Program-made: the position numbers and the translations under genes | Shown here: one piece after another, positions 1-10,471 of the stretch | Layout of the letters: each line of letters begins with the position of its first letter | Numbering within the stretch: position 1 is the stretch's first letter | Assembly (NCBI GenBank): GCA_963751755.1 | Contig: CAVVVH010000001.1 | Location: forward strand, 35,140 to 99,139 | Length of the DNA: 64,000 bases | Direction of reading: 5' to 3' | Source: Candidatus Dormiibacterota bacterium | GTDB lineage: Bacteria > Chloroflexota > Dormibacteria > Aeolococcales > Aeolococcaceae | Notes under the pieces: generated by a model | Told to the model about the DNA's origin: nothing | Database searches by the model: none | Seen by the model: only the letters and a program-made list of their open reading frames with translations

Positions 1-87
1 CATTCGCACGTCAGCGGTACGCGGTACCCGCGGTGTTCGAGGTGGCCAGCGCTGATGGTGCGCACCGCCTCGCCTGAGGCGGCGTGG

Positions 88-402
88 TCAGAGCTGCGCC
101 TCCTCCCGTCGGTGGATTGCGGACAGCTGGGTGAGCATCTGCGGGTCGAGGTCACCGCCGGCGATGGTCGCCACCCGGCACTTGGTGACGGCGCGCAGCG
201 TGGCCGTGCGCCTGCCGCCTTCGATGAGCGCGCGCTCGCCGAGCACTGCCCCAGGCCCCAGCTGACCGAGCGGCGACCCCTTGACCTCGACTGAGACGAC
301 GCCGTCCAGCACCAGGTACACGTCGGTCCCGTCGTCTCCCTCACTCACCAGGGTCGCGCCCTGTGCCACATTGCTGATGTGCGGCTTCGTTCCCCCCCGC
401 AT
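88..402 (-). CDS. cyclic-nucleotide-binding (cNMP) domain protein
   Basis: 104-aa ORF. GDDGTDVYLVLDG...LGPGAVLGERALIEGGRRTATLRA fits the cNMP beta-barrel and phosphate-binding cassette (GE...R.A). The frame stays open upstream into the 3' end of the neighbour, so the true start is unclear, and fusion to the neighbour is possible. Confidence 0.7.
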   Translation of the reverse strand: MRGGTKPHISNVAQGATLVSEGDDGTDVYLVLDGVVSVEVKGSPLGQLGPGAVLGERALIEGGRRTATLRAVTKCRVATIAGGDLDPQMLTQLSAIHRREEAQL

Positions 403-442
403 GATGCGGCTGGAGAGCTCGCGCTCCAGCGCTGTCTCGACC

Positions 443-1087
443 TCACTGACCAGGGCTGGAGAAGTCCTCGTCGCCCCACGGCGTGTGTGACCCGAAGGCG
501 CGGTTGTACCAGTCCTTGAAGTCGACCAAGCCCGACTTGAGCACCAGCGTGCCGTCGTGGTCGTAGATCCAGTGCCGCGGGAACGGGCTCGCGCCGAGCA
601 CCTCGTGCGCCGAGCTGCCGTCGGCGTACAGGGTCAGCGCCAGCGTCGTCCACGCGAGTGGCGCCGAGACCTGGACGAACGGGGGGTACTTGACGCGCCG
701 CGGAGCGGGCACACCGGTGCGTCCTCCACTGGTCTGGACGAAACGCACCGAGGTGTCGGAGACCACCGGGGCCTGCTGGCGGTCCGGGAATGCCACGGCC
801 GCGAAGGTCGCCACCTTGCCGCCCAGGTGCATCGTCGTCGAACCGATCTGGCCGCCGCCGCTGTAGCCATGTCCGGTGATCCGGCCATCCTCGACCTCGA
901 TCCACGCGCCGAGCCGGTTGGCAAAGCGGAATCGATCCGCCTCACGGAGCGCGTCGAGGTCGTCGACGTGGTCCGGCGGGGGCTCGTCGTAGTGGGCCAC
1001 GCCCATCTCGAACGGCAGGCGGGTCATGCCACGAACCGCCTCTGACGGGATCCAGGAGATCGATGTGACGGATGACTGGATGCGCAC
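443..1087 (-). CDS. conserved hypothetical protein (214 aa)
   Basis: Long ORF with non-repetitive, protein-like composition. It is co-oriented with and abuts the cNMP-domain gene. I recognise no motif. Confidence 0.55.
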   Translation of the reverse strand: MRIQSSVTSISWIPSEAVRGMTRLPFEMGVAHYDEPPPDHVDDLDALREADRFRFANRLGAWIEVEDGRITGHGYSGGGQIGSTTMHLGGKVATFAAVAFPDRQQAPVVSDTSVRFVQTSGGRTGVPAPRRVKYPPFVQVSAPLAWTTLALTLYADGSSAHEVLGASPFPRHWIYDHDGTLVLKSGLVDFKDWYNRAFGSHTPWGDEDFSSPGQ

Positions 1088-1231
1088 TGTTTGTACCTCC
1101 GCCGCAACGATCGCGCCCAGCGGTTGGCCCGTCGAGGGTGCGGGCCCGCGAGTGCCTGGGGATGCTCGCCACCGTCAACCGTGGTGCCCACCCCATTGCC
1201 GGATCGCAGACCGCACGGGCATTGTCGCGTC

Positions 1232-2562
1232 ATGACAACCGAGGCGTCCATCCGCGTGGTGCTCGCCGACGACAACCTGATCGTCCGCGAGGGCGTTCGC
1301 GCGCTGCTCCTCACATCGAGTGACATCGACGTCGTGGGCGTCGGCGGCGACTACGACGAGCTGGTGGCGGCCGCTGATGCGCTGACGCCCCAGGTCGTGG
1401 TCACCGACATCCGCATGCCGCCGGATTTCACCGACGAGGGCATCAGAGCCGCGCGGCTCATCCGCAAGCAGCACCCCGGCACGGGGGTGGTGATCCTCTC
1501 CCAGTACGACGAGCCCGAGTACGCCATCTCGCTGCTGAGCGAGGGCGCGGCCGGCTACGCGTACCTGCTCAAGGACCGCGTCGCCGAGGGCGATCAGCTC
1601 GCCCGGGCGGTGCGCGAGGTGAGCGCCGGCGGTTCGATGCTCGACCCACGCATCGTCAACGCGCTGACCAAGCCGGTGACCGACACCAGCAGCCTCAGCG
1701 ACAGCGACGAACGCCTGCTGCAGATGGTCGCCGAGGGTCGGCCGATGAAGGCGATCGCGGTGGCCACGCAGCTCCACGCCCGAGGCGGTCTCGGACGCGG
1801 TGGAGCAGCTCTTCCTGACGCTCGCGCAGCAGGCCAGCGCCGGGCACGCAGAGCGCGCTGCAGCGGCTGCGGCTGCTGCACCGGGCGATCGTCGACCGCG
1901 AGGAGCAGGGCGAGAGCCTCAGCCGCATGCTGCCCGGCGGTCTCGCGCAGAAGATGCGCGAGCAGGGCGTCAGGCCCGGCGAGACGGAGCGACTCACTGT
2001 CACGGTGCTGATGTCCGACATCCGCGCGTACTCGACGATCGCCGAGATGGCCGACCCCAGCGTCCTCGCCGGCCAGCTGCACGAGCATCGCGCGGAGATG
2101 AACCACGCCTTGCTCGGAGAGAACGGCACCGTCATGCAGTTCGTCGGCGACGCGGTGATGGCGGTGTTCGGTGCGCCATTCCCGCAGCCCGACCAGTGTG
2201 AGCGCGCGGTCGCGGCGGCGCAGGCGATGCACCGGCGGCAGGCCGAGCTCAACACCCGCTGGGCGGCGAAAGGGCTGCCGCCGTTCCACCTCGGCATCGG
2301 CGTCTCCACCGGCGATGTTGCCGCGGCACTGCTGGGTTCCGATGAGCGTCTCGAGTACTCGGTCGTCGGTGACGCGGTGAACCTGGCGCAGCGGTTGCAG
2401 CAATGGGCCGAGGGCGGCCAGACGGTGCTCAGTGAGCCGACGTTCGCGGCGCTGTCACAGGCACCGGACGCGCAGCACCTCGAGCCCGCCCTCGTCAAGG
2501 GACGGCAGACGCCGGTGGGTGCGTACCGCATCGGCATCCCGGTTGCGGGCGTGCCGGCATGA
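1232..2562 (+). pseudogene. hybrid response regulator: REC + LuxR-type HTH + class III adenylate/guanylate cyclase (frame disrupted)
   Basis: REC (VVLADDN...VVVTDIRMPP...SQYDEPEY), HTH remnant (ERLLQMVAEGRPMKAIA) and cyclase core (VLMSDIRAYS...FVGDAVMAVFGAP...GIGVSTGDV...VGDAVNLAQRL). The pieces lie in frames 2, 3 and 1 (ORFs 1091-2011, 1800-2201, 1927-2562), so at least 2 frame changes are needed, near 1780 and 1850. Confidence 0.7.
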
Positions 2563-4698
2563 CCGGCCACCCCACAACGCGTCGCACCACAGCGCTGGCG
2601 GTCGGCCTCGCCGTGGCCGCCCTCGCCGGCGCGACGACCACCGTCGTGCTCGCGATTCTCAACCGCGCCCACCTGCCCAACCTCGACGCTGCCGACCCAT
2701 CCTCGATCGCGGTGCCCATGGGCGCGATCATCGGCGTGCTCGTGGCCTCGCGCCGTCCGCACAACCCGGTGGGGTGGCTCATCCTGTTCATCGCCGTGGC
2801 TTCGAGCCTGCAGGGTGTCGAGGACCAGTACGCCCGCTTCGCGCTGCTCACCCACCCCGGCCTGCCGGGCGCCGTCTGGGCAGAGTGGCTCGGCAGCTTC
2901 GGTGCGATCCCGATCTTCCCGGCGGGCGCCGTCGCCTGGTTGCTGGTGCTCCTCCCAGACGGCCGTCCGCCGTCGCGACGATGGCGGGGTCTGCTGATCG
3001 TGGGCGCGGTGGACACGCTGGTGCTGCTCGTGTCCAATGCGCTCTCGCCCGGTCCTCTCAACCTGAGCTCCAGCGGCGCCAACTACGCCGACCTGAACAA
3101 CCCGCTGGGGCTCGCAGCGTTCCAGCCGCTCTCCAGCAACGCGGCCGCGAGTGCGGTGATCTGGTTTACCGGTCTCGCCGTCTTGCTGGTCGCCAGCGTG
3201 GCGCCGCTGCTGCGGATGCGTCGCGCGAGCGGGGACGAGCGCCAGCAGTTGAAGTGGATCGCCTACGCCGTGTTGCTCACGGCGGCAGCGATCCTCGTCT
3301 TCGTCTTCCTGGCCGGCTCAGTTCTGCCGAGCTGGACGTTCGACATCCCGATCGTCCTCGGTTTCGGATTGGCCTTCCCGGTGAGCATTGCGATGGCGAT
3401 CTTCAAGCACCGGCTGTACGACATCGACGTGGTCATCAGCCGCACCCTCGTGTACGGCTCGCTGGCGGTGTTCATCACCGCGGTGTACGTGGGCATCGCG
3501 GTCGGGATCGGGGCGCTGGTCGGCGGTGGGGGCAAGCCCAACCTCGGTCTGTCGATCCTGGCCACGGCGATCGTTGCGCTGGGCTTCCAACCGGTGCGCG
3601 AGCGCGTGCAGCGAGTCGCCAACCGCCTCGTGTACGGCAAGAGGGCCACGCCGTACGAGGTGCTCTCGCAATTCTCCGAGCGCGTCGCCGAGTTGTACGC
3701 CGCTGACGAGGTGATGCCGCGAATGGCTCGCGTGCTCGCTGAGGGAACAGGAGCGCAACGCGCCGACGTCTGGCTCCGAAATGGCAGAACTTGGAAGCAG
3801 GGTGCGGTGTGGCCCGCAGACGCCGCGCGTGCCGAGCCGATCCTGGCCGTCGATGGGAATGTGCCCACGCTCGACAGCGCCGCTCGCCTCGTCGAGGTGC
3901 GCCACCAGGGCGACCTGCTTGGTGCGCTGAGCGTCACCAAACGCAGCGGGCGAGGCGCTCACACCTGTCGAGGAGCATCTGCTCGTCGACCTCGCGGGAC
4001 AGGCAGGTCTTGTGTTGAAGAACGTCGGTCTCAGTGCTGACCTCCAGGCGCGGCTCGTCGATCTGCGTGCTTCCCGCCAGAGACTGGTCACCGCCCAGGA
4101 CGAGGAGCGTCGCAAGCTGGAGCGCAACCTCCACGACGGCGCCCAGCAACACCTCGTTGCTCTGAAGGTCAAGTTGGGCCTGGCCGAGATGCTCGCGTCA
4201 CGCGATCCTGAGAAGGCCAAGGCGACGATCGCGCAGCTCAAGGGCGATGCCGACGATGCTCTCGAGACGCTGCGCGACCTCGCGCGCGGCATCTATCCGC
4301 CGCTTCTCGCCGAGAAAGGCCTCGGTGCCGCGCTCGAGTCGCAGTCTCGCAAGGCCACGGTCGCGATCGACCTCGACGCCGTTGGCGTCGGCCGTTTCTC
4401 ACAGGACGTCGAGGCAGCCGTGTACTTCTCGGTGCTCGAGGCACTGCAGAACGTGCAGAAGTACGCGCAGTCGGCGAGGGCCACTGTGCGACTGCGCGAG
4501 GAGGGGGACGCGCTGACGTTCGAGGTCAGCGACGACGGCATCGGCTTCGACGTCGCCACCACCGCCAGGGGTTCCGGGCTGACCAACATGGCGGACCGCG
4601 TCGACGCACTCGGTGGAGAGGTGCAGCTGACGTCCGCACCAGGTTGCGGGACACGGCTGCGCGGGACCCTGCCGGTCCGATCGGGAGTCCTGGCGTGA
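2559..4698 (+). pseudogene. membrane sensor histidine kinase, paralogue 1 (HisKA_3/HATPase_c; one frame break)
   Basis: ORFs 2559-4040 and 4012-4698. Multi-TM N-terminus, H-box ERRKLERNLHDGAQQHL and ATPase motifs DDGIGFD...GSGLTNMADR. One extra base near 3951 splits the frame. Confidence 0.8.
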
Positions 4699-6822
4699 CC
4701 GAGGCGAATCGTGCCCGCCTTGTGTTCGCGGCCTGGCTCACCCTCCTGGCCGGGGGCCTGGCCGGGCAGGCGCTGCTGATCGCCAACCACGCCACGTGGA
4801 GCCTCCCCACCGACCCGATCGGAACCGGGACGGTCTTCGCCATCACGTATGGCACAGCTGGGGCGCTGGTGCTGCGACGTCGCCCGAAGAACGCCGTGGC
4901 GAGGGTCTTCCTCTACGTCACCGCCGCCGCGGTGCTGGCGCAGCTCGTCGGGGAGTACGCGATCTACGCGTACACGTCGCACAGCGACCTGCCGGTGCGC
5001 GGTGTCGCGGCGTGGCTGAGCTTGTGGACGTTCTTTCTCGCTTTCCCGATCGGACCGACGCTCATCTTCCTCATGTTTCCCGACGGCCTCGGCAATGCCT
5101 GGCGCGGTCGCGTGGTGGCGGGCGCGGCGATCGTCGGCGAGACCCTACTGCTCGTCGGCTATGCGGGCTCGCCGGGGCCGATCGCACCCAGCAGCCGCGT
5201 TGGCAACCTGACGCTGCCGGTCGACAACCCCACGGGGTTCCTCTCGGCCGACCTCGCCAACACCATCTCCATCGTGGGCTGGGCCACCTCGGGGCTGGCG
5301 CTGATCGCAGCCGTGGTCATCGCCGTGGTGCGGCTGCGGCGCAGCACCGGGGAGCGTCACCAGCAGCTCCGCTGGTTCGCGTACTTCGCCGCGCCCGTGG
5401 CGCCGGCGTTCGTCATCCACTTCATCCTCCAGGGCACGGGCATCCCGATCCCCGACTTCGGCTTCGTTGTGTACTACGTGGTGTACCTGGTGGGCATCCC
5501 GGCGGCGGTGGGCATCGCGTTGCTCAAGCACCGCCTGTACGACCTCGACGTGGTCATCAGCCGCACCCTTGTGTATGGGTCGCTGGCGGTGTTCATCACC
5601 GCGGTGTACGTCGGCATCGCTGTCGGGATCGGGGCGCTTGTGGGTGGCGGTGGCAAGCCCAACCTCGGCCTCTCGATCCTGGCAACCGCGATCGTGGCGG
5701 TGGGGTTCCAGCCGGTTCGCGAGCGTGTGCAGCGCATCGCCAACCGCCTCGTGTATGGCAAGCGGGCGACACCATACGAGGTGCTCTCACAGTTCTCCCA
5801 GCGCGTTGCCGAGTTGTACGCCGCTGACGACGTGATGCCACGGATGGCGCGAGTGCTTGCCGAGGGGACAGGCGCGCAGCGCGCCGACGTCTGGCTGCGA
5901 AGTGCAGGGACGTGGCGCCGGGCGCGGTGTGGCCCGAGGATGCCGGGCGAACCGAGCCGATCCCGGCCGTCGAACGGCACGCTGCCCCCGCTCGGACGGT
6001 GTCAGCCGCGTCGTCGAGGTGCGCCACCAGGGTGATCTGCTTGGTGCACTGAGCGTCACCAAGCGCAGCGGGGAGAACATTGACGCCGGTCGAGGAGAAC
6101 CTGCTCACCGACCTCGCCGGCCAGGCAGGGCTGGTGTTGAAGAACGTCGGCCTCACCAGTGACCTCCAGGCGCGACTCGTCGAGCTGCGCGCGTCCCGCC
6201 AACGCCTGGTCACCGCTCAGGACGAGGAGCGTCGCAAGCTGGAGCGCAATCTGCACGACGGCGCCCAGCAACACCTGGTCGCCATCAAGGTGAAGCTCGG
6301 GCCTGGCCGAGATGCTCGCTGCGCGCGATCCCGAGAAGGCCAAGGCGCCGATCGCGCAGCTCAAGAGGCGACGCCGACGAGGCTCTCGAGACGCTGCGCG
6401 ACCTGGCGCGTGGGATCTACCCGCCGCTGCTGGCGGACAAGGGCCTGCAGGCGGCGCTGGAGGCGCAGGCCCGCAAGGCCACCGTGCCGGTGACGGTCGA
6501 CGCCGACGGCGTGGGTCGCTACTCGCAGGATGTCGAGGCGGCTGTGTACTTCTCGGTGCTCGAGGCGTTGCAGAACGTGCAGAAGTACGCCCAGGCGTCG
6601 CAGGCCACGGTGCGTCTGCGCGAACAGGAAGGCACGCTGACGTTCGAGGTCGCCGACGACGGGCGCGGCTTCGACGCCGCCACCAGCGCCAGGGGGTCGG
6701 GCCTCACCAACATGGCGGACCGCGCGGACGCGCTCGGTGGCGCGGTGACCATCACGTCTGCACCGGGTCACGGCACGCAGCTGCGTGGGTGGCTGCCGGT
6801 GGCCGCCGGAGTGCCGGCGTGA
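4695..6822 (+). pseudogene. membrane sensor histidine kinase, paralogue 2 (multiple frame breaks)
   Basis: GTG 4695 overlaps the paralogue 1 stop (GTGA). Pieces are in ORFs 4644-6035, 5857-6162, 6080-6493, 6312-7580 (part) and 6484-6822. Domain order matches paralogue 1. At least 5 frame changes are needed between about 5910 and 6370. Confidence 0.75.
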
Positions 6823-6843
6823 CTCACGAACTCGCCCAGCCGT

Positions 6844-9045
6844 TTGAGGTCGCCCACCGCCGCCTGGGTGCTGCTCTGCTTGTCGGTGGCGATGTTCGCC
6901 ACGTTCGGAGCCCTCTTCTATTCGCCCGTCACCCCGCAGTCATTCCTCGCCAATGGAAGCTACCTGACCGGCTTCTGGGCATTCCCGCTCCTGTCCATCT
7001 CGGTCATCGGGGCGCTGCTCGCGATCCGCCGGCCCACCAACCCGCTCGGCTGGATAAGCCTCTGGGCCGGGGTGGCGATCGGAGCGAGTCTCCTCGGTGG
7101 CCTCGCCGGCTCGCTGCTCAGCGCCGCACATCAGCCACTGGGCAGATACCTCCTGCTCCTGACGGCGTTCTTCGGCTCATCGACCTCTCCCGCGCTGGGG
7201 CTGCTCATGATCATCCTGCTGCTCTTTCCGGAGGGTCGGCTCCCATCCCAGCGCTGGCGGTGGGTCCTGTATGGGCTCATCGCGGTGATGGCGTGCGGGG
7301 TGCTCCTGGCGTTCGTCAACCCCACCCCTGGCTATCTCGATGTTGGGAACAACGGCAGCGACGTCAGCCCGCTGGCCATTCGCGGCGCCGCGGGCGTCAT
7401 CAACGCACTGACCACGCCGTACAACGTCGCGCTGTTCGCGATCGGCTTCACGGCGGTCGCCTCGATCTTCGTGCGGTTGCGTGGTGCGGATTCGGAGCGG
7501 CGCCACCAGATCAGCTGGGTTGCGTACGCGGGAGGCCTGGCCCTGGCCCTGTACGTGGTCACCGGCCTGGTCCCGAGTGAGCCGACCGGCCTTCTTCTCG
7601 CATGCCTTGTGGTCGGTGTGACGGTTGCGGGGATCGCTGTACCGGCTGCGATTGGAATCGCCGTGCTGAAGTACCGGCTGTACGACATCGACGTGGTCAT
7701 CGGCCGCACGCTGGTGTACGGCTCGCTGGCTGTGTTCATCACCGCGGTCTACGTCGGCATCGCCGTGGGCATCGGCGCCCTGGTCGGCGGGGGCGGCAAG
7801 CCGAACCTCGGACTGTCGATCCTTGCCACCGCCATTGTGGCAGTGGGTTTCCAGCCGGTCCGAGAGCGCGTACAGCGCTTCGCCAACCGGGTCGTGTACG
7901 GCACGCGCGCCACGCCGTACGAAGTTCTTGCGCAATTCTCCGAGCGGGTCGCCGAGTCGTACGCGGCTGACGACGTCATGCCGCGGATGGCACGCGTCCT
8001 CGCGGAGGGGACGGGTGCGCAGCGAGCGGATGTGTGGCTTGCGCAGCGCGGGACGCGTGGCGTAACGCGGCGATGTGGCCGCGCGGATGTCGCCGGCCGC
8101 ACGGGTCGGTCGCTGTCGAGAACGGCACGCTGCCGTCGCTCGACGGCGTCAACCGGCTGGTCGAGGTACGCCACCAGGGCGACCTGCTCGGCGCGCTCAG
8201 CGTCACCAAACGAACGGGTGAGTCGCTGACGCCCGGTGGAGGAGAACCTGCTCACGCACCTCGCCGGGCAGGCAGGGCTCGTGCTGAAGAACGTCGGGTT
8301 GAGCAGCGACCTTCAGGGGCGGCTCGAAGAGTTGCGCGCGTCACGGCAGCGGCTGGTCACCGCCCAGGACCAGGAGCGTCGCCGTCTCGAGCGCAACCTG
8401 CACGACGGGGCCCAGCAGCACCTCGTGGCCATCAAGGTCAAGCTCGGCCTCGCCGAGATGCTCATGGCTCGGGACGTGGAGAGAGCCAAGCTCACGCTGG
8501 ACCAGCTCAAGGGCGACGCCGACGAAGCGCTCGAGACGCTGCGTGACCTGGCTCGAGGGATCTACCCGCCGCTTCTTGCTGACAAGGGGCTCCAGGCTGC
8601 GCTGGAGTCACAGGCGCGCAAGGCGACGGTGGTGGTCACGGTGGAGGCCGACGACATTGGTCGTTACTCCCAGGACGTCGAGGCCGCCGTGTACTTCTCA
8701 GTTCTCGAGGCGCTGCAGAACGTGCAGAAGTACGCGGGTGCGACAGGCGCATCGGTTCGGCTGCATGAGCGTGATGGACATCTGCACTTCAGCGTCCGCG
8801 ACGATGGCCGCGGTTTCGACCCGGCTGTCGCCACGAAGGGATCGGGCCTGGTCAACATGGTCGACCGGATCGACTCGCTGGGAGGCTCCGTCGATGTCGA
8901 TTCCGCGCCCGGCAAGGGGACCGAGGTGCGCGGGTCGCTACCCGTTTATCAGGCGACGCCCGCGGCCGACCAGGCCTCTTCGAGCCGCTCGGGGCTGAAC
9001 TCCGACTTGGGGATGAACCCGGCCGCGCCGGCCTCCTCGGCTTGA
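6844..9045 (+). pseudogene. membrane sensor histidine kinase, paralogue 3 (frame breaks; long C-terminal tail)
   Basis: ORFs 6844-8229, 8034-8546 and 8236-9045. A GTG at 6819 overlaps the paralogue 2 stop (GTGA) but is out of frame with the TM region. At least 3 frame changes are needed (about 8050-8110 and about 8234). The last ~30 codons overlap the convergent response-regulator gene. Confidence 0.7.
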
Positions 9046-9329
9046 GGCCCGTACTCGGCGGCCTCATACGTCGAGAGCACGAGCACCACGACGGGCTTGC
9101 CGTTGGCGTGGTCGGCGAGGATCTGCCGCGTCGCCTCGAGCCCGTTGATCCCGGGCAGGTTGACGTCCATGAGAACCAGGTCCGGGTTGAGCTCGTGGGC
9201 GCGGCTCACCGAGTCCTCGCCGGTCTCCGATTCACCGATCACCTCGAAGCCGTCGGTCATCTCGACGACGGTGCGTGCGACCGTCCGGAAGGGCTCCTGG
9301 TCGTCGACGATGAGAACACGTACCGGCAT
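8949..9329 (-). CDS. stand-alone receiver (CheY-like) response regulator
   Basis: The last 127 codons of ORF 8949-10277 read MPVRVLIVDDQEPFR...DLVLMDVNLPGINGLEA...FIPKSEF, a canonical REC domain. Confidence 0.85.
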   Translation of the reverse strand: MPVRVLIVDDQEPFRTVARTVVEMTDGFEVIGESETGEDSVSRAHELNPDLVLMDVNLPGINGLEATRQILADHANGKPVVVLVLSTYEAAEYGPQAEEAGAAGFIPKSEFSPERLEEAWSAAGVA

Positions 9330-9437
9330 GACACCACGAGGATAAGCGCTGTGCGTTCTTGTCACCAATGGTGCCAACCCCACCCCGCTGGTGAGGCAAG
9401 CCCCTGATGGCAGCCGAGCTCGCCTATCCTCGCAGCC

Positions 9438-10106
9438 GTGCCGTTGCGTGTCGTGCTGGCAGAGGACAACTATCTCCTCCGCGAGGGGCTCGCGCAGCTG
9501 CTCGGCATGGCCGACGACATCGAGCTGGTGGCCGTCTGCGGCGACCTGCCCGAGCTCGAGCGAGCCATCGAGGACACCAACCCCGACGCCGTCGTCACCG
9601 ACATCCGCATGCCGCCGACCGGGACCGACGAGGGCCTGCGCGCCGCCGAACGTCTGCGGACCGAGCGACCGCAGGTGGGCGTGGTCGTGCTGAGCCAGTA
9701 CGCCGAGCCGGAGTACGCGCTCGGACTCCTGCAGGGGGGAGCTGCCGGCCGCGCCTACCTCCTCAAGGAGCGGGTGTCCGACCTCGACCAGCTGGTGAGA
9801 GCGATCCGCGAGGTGGTCAGAGGGGGCTCGGTGATCGACCCGGCGGTGGTCGAGGCCCTGGTGGCCTCCCGCGCGGCGGCGAAGGACTCGCCGATGAAGG
9901 ACCTGACCCCGCGGGAGACCGAGGTGCTCTCCCAGGTTGCCCAGGGCCGCAACAACGCGGGGATCGCCGCCGCTCTGTCGCTCACCGACAGGGCCGTCGA
10001 GAAGCACATCAACGCCATCTTCTCCAAGCTCGGGCTCTCGGAGCAGCCGGACACGCACCGGCGGGTCAAGGCCACTCTCCTGTACCTCGCCGAACGGCGG
10101 CCGTAG
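9438..10106 (+). CDS. NarL/FixJ-family response regulator (REC + LuxR HTH)
   Basis: Intact 222-aa ORF with VVLAEDNYLLREG...VVTDIRMPP and a C-terminal LTPRETEVLSQVAQGRNNAGIAAALSLTDRAVEKHINAIFSKLG. Confidence 0.9.
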   Translation: MPLRVVLAEDNYLLREGLAQLLGMADDIELVAVCGDLPELERAIEDTNPDAVVTDIRMPPTGTDEGLRAAERLRTERPQVGVVVLSQYAEPEYALGLLQGGAAGRAYLLKERVSDLDQLVRAIREVVRGGSVIDPAVVEALVASRAAAKDSPMKDLTPRETEVLSQVAQGRNNAGIAAALSLTDRAVEKHINAIFSKLGLSEQPDTHRRVKATLLYLAERRP

Positions 10107-10258
10107 ACCACCGGCAGCCCGCGGCCGCGGCGCAAAGGGCCGGACGCGTACACTACGGGGGTCCGGCCGCTCTGGTCGGCAGTCGCTCGTGCTTCGTCCT
10201 CGCCTTCTCGAACGGACCGCGCGTCGTTTAGAAGAGTCGAGAGGGCAGGAGACACGAT

Positions 10259-10471
10259 ATGTCCACCAACGGGACAATCAAGAAGGTCCAGAGCGACCGC
10301 GGATTCGGATTCATCGCCGCCGAGGATGGAGAGGAGTACTTCTTCCATCGCAGTGGCCTCGATCCCTCGCTGAACTTCGACAGCCTTGCCGGTGGCGAGG
10401 CCGTCACCTTCGAGATCGAGAAGAGCGACAAGGGTCCGCGCGCCGGCCGCGTGCGCGCCCAGGGCAGCTGA
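10259..10471 (+). CDS. cspA: cold-shock protein (CSD)
   Basis: 70 aa with RNP motifs GFGFI and FFH. GGCAGGAGA RBS upstream of the ATG. Confidence 0.9.
   Translation: MSTNGTIKKVQSDRGFGFIAAEDGEEYFFHRSGLDPSLNFDSLAGGEAVTFEIEKSDKGPRAGRVRAQGS

Noticed and set aside
1695-2855. 386-aa minus-strand ORF over the cyclase and kinase start
   Set aside because: It is antisense to a cyclase domain with clear catalytic motifs. The composition is Arg/Ala/Ser-rich with no recognisable domain, a typical high-GC shadow ORF.
3941-8240. Programmed ribosomal frameshifting as the explanation for the kinase frame breaks
   Set aside because: The three sites have different local sequences (GGGCGAG, AACATTG, CCCGGTG). 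None resembles a slippery X-XXY-YYZ heptamer, and no shared downstream structure is evident. Many unrelated genes in the same blocks are also broken.
2559-9045. Repeated 372-nt blocks considered as a CRISPR array, tandem DNA repeat or IS remnant
   Set aside because: The repeats are about 2.1 kb apart, lie in-frame inside paralogous kinase genes, and differ mainly at synonymous positions. They are coding paralogy, not a repeat array or mobile element.
9330-10277. Upstream 315 codons of the 442-aa minus-strand ORF 8949-10277
   Set aside because: Only the last 127 codons form a receiver domain. The rest is antisense to the intact NarL-type regulator and has a low-complexity composition.
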